Assembly (NCBI GenBank): GCA_019828565.1 | Contig: JAHDYR010000041.1 | Location: 37,615 to 101,614, forward strand | Length of the DNA: 64,000 nucleotides | Source of the DNA: Carpediemonas membranifera BICM | Taxonomy: Eukaryota > Protista > Fornicata | Direction of reading: 5' to 3' | Shown here: positions 32,770 to 45,033 of the stretch, in pieces | How positions within the stretch are numbered: the first letter of the stretch is position 1 | Layout of the letters: every line of letters starts with the position of its first letter | Notes under the pieces: generated by a model | Database searches by the model: none | Seen by the model: only the letters and a program-made list of their open reading frames with translations | Told to the model about the DNA's origin: nothing | Position numbers and translations under genes: made by a program

Positions 32770-35235
32770 GGCAGCCCTGGCAACGTAATTCAGTTCATCG
32801 TGAGCTGGATGCTGCTCGAAGCCATGCCCAAGGTCCTGGCCATGAGCCGCGATGTTCAAGAGAGCAGGGAGATCACCGAAGCCTTTGGCGATCAACCTGT
32901 CTCTAACAAACATCAACGCTTTAACCAGCACAAGCCGAAACGTGACAGTCAACCGTTGAACCACGGTACCCATGAGAGCCACCAACATTCCGAAGCGAAG
33001 AAGGACATGAAGCGACTCGACACACGCAACCACACGGATCGCAAGAAGAAGTTCGACACCTACACGTGTTTCAACTGTGGCAAGTCGGGCCACCCATGGC
33101 ACAAATGCCCAGTCCCGAAGCATAAGTGTTCAGCCTGCGGTCGGGAAGGTCACCTGGAGAAGTTCTGCCGGGGTAAACAGACCCTCTACGTTCTTTCACT
33201 ACAGAAGATGCATTCCTCAGCTAACCTTCCCCTAGTCAAGGCCAAGTTCCAGCAGACCGTCATCTCCATCCTGTTAGACTCAGGCGCGAACGTGTCCGTC
33301 ATTCACTCAAAGTTAGCGAAAGGCATGAAGCGCGACAGCCCCAACCACAACCCAGACGTGCAGACGGCCAACGGCCGAAAGCGTTCCCAAGGCGTGGTGA
33401 CGACTGACATCAAGCTGCTACCCTCGGAGTTTACACCCAGACAGTGTTCATGCCAGATCACGTGCCTGGTACTAGACACGGACTTCGATATGATCCTCGG
33501 GTACCCAGATATGGTGGATTTAGGTATCATGCCCCGCGTGGGCCAAGACACCCAACTCGAGGGACCAGACGCATCGATCCCGCAAGCCACCAAACAACAG
33601 GCAGCCGTGTATCAACTCAGCGCAGATACAGCCGACGAACAGGTGCGTATCATCAAGGAGTTCAACTCACTGTTCCTGGACCGAGACGAGCCGAGTGTCC
33701 TCGAGCCGTACGATCTGATCCTCTCAGGCAACAGAGTGGTCAACGCCAGACCCTACTACATCTCGCAGCAGAAGGTTCATGTCATCAAGGAGCACCTCGA
33801 CGTTCTGCTCGCGAAGAGGTATATCGAAGCGTGCCAGAGTGAGTACGCCAGCCCTGCCATGACGGTGCCGAAGAAGGGAGGCAAGACTAGGTTCGTAGTC
33901 GACTTCAGGGAGGTCAACGCGATGACAGCGCCGTTTGACTACCCGATACCGCGAATAGACGAAGTTTTAGCCCAGCTCTCCGGCATGAAGGTGTTCGCCA
34001 CACTCGATTTATCCACATGATATCATCAGGTCGCCCTGTCGGAGCGGTGCAGAAAGTACACCGCGTTCACTACGCAACTAGGCCAATTCCAGTACAGACG
34101 CATGCCGTTCGGACTCCGCAATGCTGGAGCTCATTTCCAGAGAGCTATGGAGAAGGCGTTCCGAGGTCTGGTCGGGTCAGCATGCTACATATATCGACGA
34201 CGTCATCGTCTTCGGCGCGACCGAGGCGGAGTATCTTTCAAACCTCCGCAAGGTGCTGCTCAGGGCTAAGGAGACCAAGTTGCAGCTCAACCGGGAGAAG
34301 TGTCAATTCGGGCGTGAGGAGGTCGAGTTCCTCGGCTGGGTGATCAGAGACGGCACCTACGACATTTCACCGGAGCGTGCCCAGGACGTTAGCGACCTGG
34401 TCCTTCCCAAATCCGTCAGGGGGATGCAGGGACTAGTCGGATTCCTCAATTATTTCAGGGACTTCGTGGACGACTTTGCCGTGATCGCCAAGCCGCTGAC
34501 TGACGCAATGGCAGGCAAGATCCCGATCGGCGGCGCACAACAGCAAGACGCGCTCGATCGCCTCAAGAAGGCACTCACCTCCAAGCAGACCCTACAGCTG
34601 TTCGACGCAACCAAGGAGCATACTGTCATGACAGACGCATCCGGACTCGGATACGGCGCAGTGCTTTTGCAAGAAGGCAAGCCCGTGTGCTACATGAGTA
34701 AGGCGTTCAATGACGTGCAGTCGCGCTGGGCCACGAACGAGAAGGAGGCTTATGCCATCGTCGCAGCCCTGCAGAAGTGCGGAAGTTCCTGTCGTGGGGA
34801 AAGTTCACCCTGCTGACAGATCACCGCAATCTACTATTCATGTATCGCAGCGTCAACTCGAAGGTGAAGCGCTGGGCCGACGCGATAGCGGACCTGGATT
34901 TCGACATTCAACACATCTCGGGTCTAGATAACGGCGCAGCCGATGGCCTATCGAGAGTGTTCACAGTGAGACAAACAGTGTCGACGGCCGATATTAAGAC
35001 GGCGCATGAGACCGCTGGGGCACATCTATCGAGGAGGATGACCATAGAGCGACTGAGAGCCGACAATATGTCTGTATCACGTGCCGCAGTCGACGAGTAC
35101 GTGTCCGCCTGTCCAGTGTGCCAAGTGCTCGAGCGTCCACCTGTCGACCAGCCCGAGGCCCTATACACTGGTGTCGATCAACCATTCAAGCGTGTAGCCA
35201 TAGACACGATGGGTCCCTTCCCCGAGGCAGACGGT
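32770..35235 (+). mobile_element. Ty3/gypsy element C, 5' part (gag with 2 CCHC, protease, RT, RNase H, start of integrase), frameshifted
   Basis: CFNCGKSGH..CSACGREGH, LLDSGA, YIDD, TDAS, IDTMGPFP; paralogous to element A. Confidence 0.95.
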
Positions 35236-35343
35236 TGTCGCAATACCGTATTAATATTTATATATTGTATGGGTGTCGTCTTGGTCCTACTTGGTCCGAG
35301 ACGACACCAGTGTGTCGAAATAAATTAGCGCATCGTTACAACA
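35236..35343 (+). repeat. Element B 5' LTR
   Basis: tgtcgcaatacc..ttacaaca; identical to 60756-60863. Confidence 0.95.
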
Positions 35344-35363
35344 GTGAATTCACTAGTGGCTAC

Positions 35364-38300
35364 ATGTTCGGTAATATTTCTCTGCCGACTCTGAGCGTTG
35401 AGACATTGACTAGCGAAACCTGGCGCTCATCTAAGAGGGATGCCGCCCGAATCAAGGCGTTGTATCCCGCCGCCAAGCTGGCTGTCCTCCTCCCCAATGA
35501 CCTGCAGGACATCATCGAGGACACTCTCAACGTAGACCTGGCGAAGGCAAATGACGACAAGATTGACGAATACGTCAGCAAGTTCCTTGCTCCGGTGGAC
35601 AAATTGTCCCTTGTCAAAGAGCTCGAGGCCTTCACCTGCCAGGTATCTGAAAAAAGAATCACCTCCATTCGCGCGTACGTCAGCGCGTTCTCAGCAGTTT
35701 TCTCTAAGGCCGAAGACATCGAAGAGTCCGACTCGGACGAGGACGAAGAGGAACAAGAAGAGGACGAAGAAGACATTTCCCCCTTTGAGAAGAACGCGCG
35801 TAAGATCTTCCTTCAGGGGATCCGCCCATCCACTTTCCGCAAGGTCCTGGACTTTGAACTCAAGGAGCATCCTAAGAGGAAGTCACTTGCCGATGCATAC
35901 GAGCTGAGCATTGCCCTCGCTCAAGAAGATGACGACGCTCGGGCTAAGGCCATTCGCTTTGGTCACTACCAGGCCGGAAAGTCCTCCACCCGAAAGAAAG
36001 GAACGGCCGCAGGAGGCCAACCGCCTCGCCTCCCGGTCCCGGGCGCAGTTGCCTCAGGGGCCCCGGAGAATTCTTCCACTCTCGAAAAGAAAGAAAGAAA
36101 GAAATTTATGGTGCTTGGATTCTGACCCCGGACTGAGCTTGTTTCCCGTTGTCTTGGAGCTGAGTGCCCCGGGGTACTGCCTATTTCCCGTGGCAAACTG
36201 GTCAGCAGCGTTTGCCTTGGGCTTTCGGTGCTACTGTCTCCGCGGAAAGCCGATTCCAATCGCCCCAGAGGCCCTGCGGCCATCTCCGTGCAAATATGCT
36301 TTCCTGTCTCCCTGAAAGTCCGGCAACTATCCGGGGAGCCTGGGGGTCTGTCCTCGGTGCTTCCACAGGCAGGATCGTCCTGCAGAACCTTGGGTGGCGT
36401 GGGTCAGGGCATGGGTGGTGTACCCCCAGGCACTAGGCCTGGTTGTCCTGTTACCCCTTACAACATTTCGCTTGCACTACATGTCCTTGGTTTCCCATGT
36501 CGTTAACAAGGGCGGCAGGGGCACCAAGTCTTCCACTCTCAAGCCGAACGACGTCAACCCAGCTTTGAAGCCTCCACATCGTGCCTGTGGCAAGTGCGGC
36601 GGATGGCATTGGGATAATCAGTGCCCCAATGGGGCCCCAATGCGCTCTCGCCAAGAAGGAGGCGGCCTCCGGTCCAACCCGAAGAAGAAGGAGCCAATCG
36701 AGGCTAATCTCCTGGACACGGACCCGATGAGCCACTCAAAGTGTCTGGTCGTATAAACGACCAAGAGTATTCCTTTATTATTGACACTGGAGCACCAAAA
36801 TCTATCATCTCCGCTGCGTCAGCAGAGGCCCTTGGCCTACAGACAGTGACCGGCCCGACCCTCCGCTTCAGAATGGCGAACGGTTCCATTTCGACAACTA
36901 ACCACTATACTGAGGCCTGGTTACACCTCACGCTGGCGGGAGCCCCAACGCGGTTTAAGGCGAAGTTCGCAATCTTCAGTGGGGACCGCGAGAAAATCCT
37001 TATTGGCACCGACATTCTTCGTGTACTCGGGCTTCTCACGAAGGATTCCTTATTCCTCCAGCTCGTAGCCGAAAATCTGAGCAAGGAGGACGGGGACGAC
37101 ATTCCGCTGAGTTTGAACCAGTTAGACGTCTCGGAGGACGTTGGTGCTGTTGAAATTCCCGAATCCGCGAGCGCCACGCTCCGAAGCGAGGTACGAGCGC
37201 TACTTGCTGAGTATTCCACGTTGTTCGGCCCCATTCCGGCTCAAGGAGCCAAGGTTGAACCTATGCGGATCCGATTGAATGACCCGGACGCCCTGGTCCA
37301 GGAACGAGCCCGGAGACTATCAGGGGAACGACGCCTTCAGGTGCGGGAAGAAGTAACCCGCCTACGCCACCTTGGCATCACCAGGAACAGCGTCGGACCG
37401 TTCTCCTCCCCGATCGTGGTAGTGGATAAGAAGAACGGCGCCATACGCCTCTGTGTGGACTACAAAGCTCAACACCCTCACCATTCGTGACCATTTTCCC
37501 CTTCCCGACTTGAAAACCTTCGTGCAGGAGGCGGCGGGGGCTCAATTCTTCGCCAGCTTGGACTTGACGTCCGGGTACCATCAGATGCCCCTCCTCGAGG
37601 AAGACAGAACTATGACGGCGTTTGTAACACCTGACGACTACGAGGAGTTCAACCGAGTCCCATTCGGGCTGACTAACGCTCCGAGTTATTTCCAGCGTAC
37701 CATGCAATCCATCCTCGCCCCGGTACTCCACCGGGGGGTGCTGGTCTATATTGACGACATCTTAGTCTACGCCCAATCTGAGGAGGAACTTATAGCACGC
37801 TTAGAGCAAACCTTCCAGTTGCTGACAAAGTATGACCTTCGGCTTAGCCCGGCAAAATGTGTGATCGGCGCGGAGGAGTTAGACATCGTGGGCTTCCACC
37901 TTTCCCGCGAGGGGAAGAGCATCGACAAGCGACGGATTGAAGCACTCACGTCGATAGAGGCTCCGAGCAATGTTTCAGGGGTCAGAACACTCTTAGGGAT
38001 GTTTAATTACGTGATCGACTTCATCCCAGCCGCGGCGGACCTTGTGGACCCCCTCTATGAGCTGATCAGGAACGCCGGTGAGCCATTCGTATGGGGACCA
38101 CGCCAAGAGGAAGCCCTCGTGGCCCTGAGAGAGGCGGTAGCCCAAGAGACCGTCCTGGATCAGCCTGATCCCAGCCTGCCATGGGACGTTTACACTGACG
38201 CAAGCGACCGGGGGCTTGGGGCCGTAATCACCAGGGAGAGGGCGCGAATCGCCGCCTGGTCGCCTTCGTTTCGAAATTATTTAACGCGACGCAGAGGCGC

Positions 38301-39922
38301 TGGGCCACCTACGACAAGGAGCTGTACGCAATCCTTCATACCCTCACCCGGCCTGACTTGAGTCCTCTACTCAAGATGGTTAACTCGCTCACTATCCACA
38401 CAGACCACCGGAATATTGTGTACCTCATGCGCCGCTCCCTCGTATCCCCCAAGGTGATGCGCTGGCGGATTGCTTTGCAAGAATTCAATTTCAACATTGC
38501 CCACATATCAGGCGAGCATAATGTGGTCGCCGACGCTCTTCACGGCCAGAATCGTCGACTAAGACTGTGAACAGTGCCGAGATCGTACCATCGGAGGAGG
38601 AGAAGCTGCGCATACTTCAAGATCTGCATGAGGGCGCCAATGGCCACCCCAAGGCAGTACGCCTTACGACTCTTGCGATGGAGGCGGGTCATGTTTGGCC
38701 CGACGTCTCGGCACTCGCCAAGCGGGTAGTCAAGCAGTGCTTGACATGCCAGAAGTTGCGCGCACACAAGCGAACGCCCCCGGCGAAGAACAGCACACAC
38801 CGGTACACGCCCTTTGAATGCGTCCAAGTCGACACTCTCTCCCTGGGGGCTAGCGGTGAGTACAAGGGCGTCTTGGTCTTCACAGATGTCTTCACGAAAT
38901 GCGTGGTACTGAAGCCGGTGAGATCAACCACGGCCGCCGAGACAGCCCAAGCAATGCTGGAAGTCTGGGCCCTATTTGGGAAACCAGCGCTACTTCAAAC
39001 TGATGGCGGACCGGAATTTAGGAACCAAGTGGACGCTGAAGTCAACCGGATCCTCTCCCTCAAGCATCGTTACTCGACCCCACATCACCCAGCCTCCAAC
39101 GGAATTGTTGAACGCACGAATGGAAAAGTCCTTCGTCTGTTGCGGGGTTTACTATTTGACAGCCAGGACTATGACTGGGTTCCTTTCCTCCCTTTAGTGC
39201 AGTACATCATTAATACACGGCCAACACGGGCCACGGGGCAAGCCCCCTTACGCCTAGTGACAGGCAATTCGGGATCCGACTCCGAGCAGTTTTCAGTCGC
39301 GCAATACGAGCGGGCGTGGGCCCTATTTAAGGAAATGTCGGCGGGCCAAGCCGATTGCCTGAAGGCGTTCCGCGACGCCCTTAATACCCGCCGTCTGCAA
39401 GCCAAGGCTCATCTCCAACGGTATAGCGAACGAAACAAGAGCGGCGAGGACAGCGACACACCTCCGAGCTTCCCGGATGGCTCCTTCGCACTCCTCCGCT
39501 ACGTTGGCAGAGCTCCCAAGCTGCTCACCAGCCTCCGGGGCCCGATGAAGGTTGTACGAGCCGGCGAATCGCCCGCTACGCACGTGGTTCGCGACATAGT
39601 GTCGCTGGCAGAGGTCCTGGTCAGCGATGAGCGACTCATTCCTGTCGAGACGCCAGAGGACGAGCAAGCCCTGATCGCTAGACTTGCCGCCGAGTGCGGT
39701 GAGTACGTGGTCGACAATGTCTACAAGCACAGGGTCTCAAACAAGGGGTCCAAGGTCGAATTCAAAGTCCACTGGCTGGGCTACGAGCCGAGCGAAGACT
39801 CTTGGATTAGTTTTACCAGAGACACCGACCAGCTGGAGGCCCTAGACCAATATTTGCGCGAGAACCCTGCACTAGAGCCGACTCTGGCTCGTATTCGTCG
39901 CAGGTGGCGGGCCCGGTCCTAG
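35364..39922 (+). pseudogene. Element B gag-pol with integrase chromodomain (interrupted and frameshifted)
   Basis: CGKCGGWHWDNQC, IIDTGA, YIDD, YTDAS, QTDGG..ERTN, EYVVDNVYKHR..FKVHWLGYEPSEDSW. Confidence 0.95.
36084..36528 (-). mobile_element. 5'-truncated non-LTR insertion with (TTTC)n tail
   Basis: 12-bp TSD tcttccactctc (36072-36083, 36529-36540); homologous to about 59845-60429; removing it restores the gag frame. Confidence 0.92.
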
Positions 39923-40017
39923 CCGCAGTATTAGGCAACTCAATCGGCGAGCAGCCAATTATGCTCAATTACCCTCCAGGAAGTAATTCTTCCGCCCAAT
40001 ATCGCTCTACACATGCT

Positions 40018-40243
40018 TGTTACACCTCTTTTGCGGGGAATTTCGGTCCAAACCTCCCCAGTTAATCGATAGTCGATTGATTCCAAATTTTTGCGCATTG
40101 CGGGGGAACCAATGCCCGTGAGAACCTAGTGCTACAGCAGTACAATCACCTTTATATATCTCCCCATTTCCCTCGGGTTCAGCTCTCGTTGCGATCATCT
40201 CCAGTCCACCAATGTTTTCAGCTAAGTGTTCTCACTTACAACA
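40018..40243 (+). repeat. Possible LTR of another family
   Basis: tgtta..ttacaaca ends and a TATA-like tttatata; shares tctcgttgcgatcatct with about 60428; no TSD. Confidence 0.4.
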
Positions 40244-40908
40244 GGGGTGGATGAAGACCAACAGGCCTGTACTAGAATAGATAGAACAGTGCCCCATCGA
40301 GCTCAAAAGGAGCGACTATGGCCCCTGTCCAACGAACCAGAAGGTTACATTCAGGGTGCACCGCCGGTTATGAGTGGGAGCTCCATAGCCACAGGGACTA
40401 GAGAACGAACAATATGGAGCTTAGATTTACAGGGAAAGAGACGGAGAGCGCAGGGAAGGATGTCGGAGCATCGATGGAATGGAATTTTCGCCAGCTCAGA
40501 GGGAAGGAAGGATCACCGGCGAACAACAGCAGGGGGCCCAGATAGAGGCCGCGAACACACTACGAATGGCGTAACAACGGCCAAAAATCCAGGGACGGTG
40601 TGGCATGAAAATGGCGATGCATTTTTAGAACCGCGCCATTCCGCCGCGAGCCCCAAAACAAACGATCAGGGAAAAATGAGAAAACAGGGAGGTCCGTGCG
40701 GGGACAGTACCTGCGCAGGGCCATGCTGACCGATTTTCGCGTCGATGCATTTGCCAAGCTTTTTTCATGCAGGGAAAAGAGAACAACCAGATGAGAGTGG
40801 AGATACCAGATAAGATCAGGGAATCCGCTCAAAAAGAGTGGGACACGATTAGAGAGCTACTAACGGACTACTTGATGGAAGAGAAGGGCACCAGAACGCT
40901 ACTACTGC
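40244..40908 (+). mobile_element. 5' region of the non-LTR element, cut by an element A LTR
   Basis: About 40327-40908 is near-identical to about 55454-56033. Confidence 0.92.
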
Positions 40909-41029
40909 TGTCGTGGGTCTTACCCAATATTTACATAGTTGTATTATTTACATCGTCTTCAGGTTTCTGTCGACACATTTGGTGTCGTCTCTTTTCCCTG
41001 TAAAGCTTTCTTGTCCCTAACGGACTACA
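40909..41029 (+). repeat. Element A LTR 1
   Basis: tgtcgtggg..ggactaca. Confidence 0.95.
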
Positions 41030-41047
41030 TTTCTAGAAATTCAAGCC

Positions 41048-44000
41048 ATGAACGATAAGAAACGCCTTATACCTCCTCTACTAACGGTTCCGTCAGTTGA
41101 GGCTCTCATCACTTTCGCCGAGGCCTTCCGCGACTATCGCGCTTACGGAGGCCATCGGGATATCTCAGACTTGATTGATAGCTCGGTACAAGACCTCATT
41201 GCCACGATCCTATCCACTACGCAGGACGAAGACGACGATCACACTCCCCTAGTAGCCTCAAGGAAGAACATCCGCGATCTGAAGGATCAGAGAACTCTCA
41301 AGCGGCTCGGACAAGCCCTGCAACCCAGAACCAAGACCTCACGCCTCCAGCTGTTCCGTCTAAGAGCCAACAGCTTCGACACGGTACAGGTCGCACGCGT
41401 CAATCGGAAGTTCACTCTCCTCTTGTCCCTGTTCGATGGGAAGTCCCTCAACGAGGACAACCTCAAGGAGGCGTATACGCGTGCCTTTAAGAGCAACCCC
41501 AAGGCCATGTACCGCATCCAAGAGCTCATCGAGGACCAGCCTCTGGAAAAGGCTATGCCCGCCGTCCTAGCCCTAGCACGTGAAGTCCAAGAGTCACGGG
41601 ATCTACTAAGCGCTTTCGAAGACGCTCCCTCTCGTCAACCCTACACGTCCCGCCATGACCGCAGACACGACTCGTCTGTGATCCCGAAGAAGCCCTCGTC
41701 CGATAACCGGTCGGCTGAAACCAACAAGGGCCACAAGGCAATCAAGAAGGAGAAGCCGGCAAAGGACTACTCTAACTACACCTGCTATAACTGCGGTGGC
41801 AAGGGTCACTCGGTGTTCAAGTGTAAGAAGCCCAAGCACACATGTAAGAAGTGTGGTCGTGTCGGCCACCTGGAGGATTACTGTAAATCCTCCAAGTGCG
41901 TGTGTGTTTTAAGTTCCAAGGAGTCACCGGCCGAGGGCGAACCGTCAAAGACTAAGGGCGAGACCGAGACTAAGCCATCTGTTCCCTTGATCAAAGTCCA
42001 GATTAATGGTCACAACCTCACTGCTCTACTTGATTCAGGTGCCGGAGTCACGATCATCAAGAGCACGTGGGCGTCCAAGCTTGACAAAAGTTAGCTCCGA
42101 GGTTATTCCGATCCGTACCGCCAACAAGGGTATTCTTCACGCGCAAGGCGCTGTTGAAGGCGACGTAAGACTGCTAGCGTCAGCGTTTACACCCAAGGCG
42201 TGCTCCTACAAGCCACGTATGCTGCTACTTGACACTGAGTTCGACATGATTATCGGATATCCAGACATGGTAGCACTGGGAATCCTTCCCCAAGCCTACA
42301 CAGACGAGCAAGATGATGACGAGATCGAGATTCCGGACGTGTACAAGTATCAGGCACCATTGTTTTCTTTGTCGCAGACCAGCATCGACCGGCAGGCCGA
42401 GCTAATCAGACGTTATAGCGACGTGTTCGAGGACCGTAGCGAACCCAGCCGCCTCGAGCCGTATGACCTCATCCTACGCGAGGACCGAGTGGTCAACGCC
42501 AGACCATACTTCGTCCCACCAGCCAAGGTCGACATAATACGGGAGCACATCGACGAGCTGTCCTTGAAGGGGTTTATCGAGAGAAGCAACTCACCGTACG
42601 CATCCCCGGCCATGACGGTGCCGAAGAAGGGCGGGAAGTCGCGCTTCGTCGTGGATTTCCGGCAGATCAACGAGATCACCCCCACTTTCGACTACCCGAT
42701 CCCAATGATCGACGAGGTGATCGCCCAACTACCCAACAAGAAGATCTTCGCCACACTAGACCTGTCGTCGGGTTATCACCAGGTCGAACTGACCAAACGC
42801 TGCCGCAAGTACACTGCGTTCACCACCATTCTAGGTCAATATCAATACACTAGGATGCCCTTCGGGCTAAGGAACGCAGGAGCTCACTTTCAGCGTGCCA
42901 TGGAGTCGGCTTTCGCCGAACTGGTTGGTCACGCCTGTTATATCTATATCGACGATATCATTGTCTTCGGGGAAAACGAGGAGGATTACCTCAAGAACCT
43001 GGAGAGCGTGCTGCAGCGTACTAGACAGATCAAGTTACAACTCAACCGTGACAAGTGCCAGTTTTCGAGGGCCGAGGTCGAGTTCCTGGGCAGGGTCATA
43101 TCCCATGGCTGTCAACGCATCGCAGCGGACCGCATTCAAGACATCCTGGATCTCGAAATGCCTAAGTCGGTCAAGGGAATGCAAGCGCTCGTCGGATTTC
43201 TTAACTATTTCCGGGATCATGTCCCTGGTTTCGCAGAAGTAGTACACCCCTTAACTCAAGCGATGGCCTCCAAGATCCCGCTGGGTGGCGACGAGCAAGA
43301 GCAAGCCCTACGCAAAGTCAAGACACTCCTCGCCCAAGCAGAAGCACTCGCCATCTTCGATGCGTCCAAGGAACACACCATCATGACCGACGCGTCAGGG
43401 AGTTGGCTACGGCGCTGTGCTATTGCAGGAAGGCCAACCCGTGTGCTTTATGAGCAAGGCCTTTGACCAAGTGCAATCGCGATGGTCGGTCGGAGAGAAG
43501 GAGGCATTCGCCATCGTCGCCGCCATTAAGCGATGGAACAAGTACCTCTCCTGGGGAAAGTTCACCCTTCTCACGGACCATCGCAACCTGATTTACATGT
43601 ACAAGTCGACTAACGCCAAGGTCCGCAGATGGGCTGAGGCTATGTCCGACATGGACTTCGACGTCAAGCACGTCGCTGGCCTTGATAACGGTGGGGCAGA
43701 CGGCTTATCGCGAGTGTACGTTATGCAGTCCGCATCAGAAGATGACGTTGAAGCAGAACACCTCACCGCCGGGGCCCACCTCTCCCGACGTGTAGTTACT
43801 GAACGACTCAAGGACCAAGGCAAGTCAGTATCACGTGAGACTGTCAGCAAGGTCATCGAAAACTGCCCGGTGTGCCAGGTGATTAGACGCCCTCCGGTTG
43901 ACAGCCCGTCAGGATTGCACACAGCCGTAGATCGCCCGTTCCGTAGGGTGGCAGTTGACACGATGGGGCCTTTCCCCTCCGTCGACGGCAAGGCTTACAT

Positions 44001-45000
44001 CACAGTCATGATCGACATGTGCAGTCGGTGGACTGAGCTAGTCGCATCTTCGAGTACCACCGGCGCGGCAGCAGCGGACGCCCTGGTCAACAACTGGATA
44101 TTGCGTTTCGGGTGCCCTGAGGTTCTCCAATCCGACGGAGGACCAGAGTTCAAGAACCAACTCTTCAAGCGCATCGCAGATGAGATGGGGTTCAAGATCC
44201 ATATTACCACGGCTCACCACCCGCAATCCAATGGGATGGTAGAGCGCGCCAACCAGCAAGTATTACGCATCCTCAAGGCGCGTAAGTTTCAGCTCAGAGG
44301 GTCAACCTGGATCGAGAATCTACCTGTCGCCCAGTTCATCGTTAATTCATCCCCGCGCACGTCTACACGCCTGTCACCAGCCGAGATAGTTCTCGGGTAC
44401 GACCTGAGAATACCACAGAACGTGTATGTGACTGATTCTAGTACAGCGAGCGCGAGTGAGTCTCACAGGGAAGCGGCCGCAGCGGCTGTCCAACTCGCCA
44501 GCAGCCGAGTCCAGGCGATGAGAGAGGACGCCCTCGCAAAGGCTACTGCCTCGAGGAATGAGATTATTAGCAGGTTCGTCCTAGTCAAGTACCCCTCTAG
44601 ACCACCGAACAAGTTGTCACCTGGATGGAGAGGGCCAATGCGAAGGCTCGCCGGAGTGAAACAACACGGTGTCGTTGTCGCGTATAAGGTTTTAGACCTA
44701 GCTGAGAAGGACAACTCGAAAGCGATCACGGTAGACGCATCGAGAGTTCGGAAGTTCAATCCCGGCAGGCTGACAGAAGATCAGATCAAAGCACTCGCAG
44801 CCACGGCTGACGACGAGTGGGAAGTTGAGCGAATCAGTCGATCTCGAGGTCGAGGCCCGATGTCCAAGCGGGAATACCTCGTCCATTGGGCTGGGTGCGA
44901 AGACGAAGAGGCTACGTGGCAAGACTATTCGTCAGTCAAGGACCTAGAGGCGCTAGACATATTCCTGAAGTCAGACGAGGCCAAGCGAGCCGGTCTGTAA
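41048..45000 (+). pseudogene. Element A gag-pol copy 1 (two +1 indels relative to copy 2)
   Basis: Extra T near 42082 and extra G near 43400. Confidence 0.93.
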
Positions 45001-45033
45001 ACCTTCAGCAGCTACTCAATCCAAACCTTTATC

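Noticed and set aside
42080-43400. Programmed frameshifts in element A
   Set aside because: Copy 2 is one continuous ORF; these are single-base indels or sequencing errors
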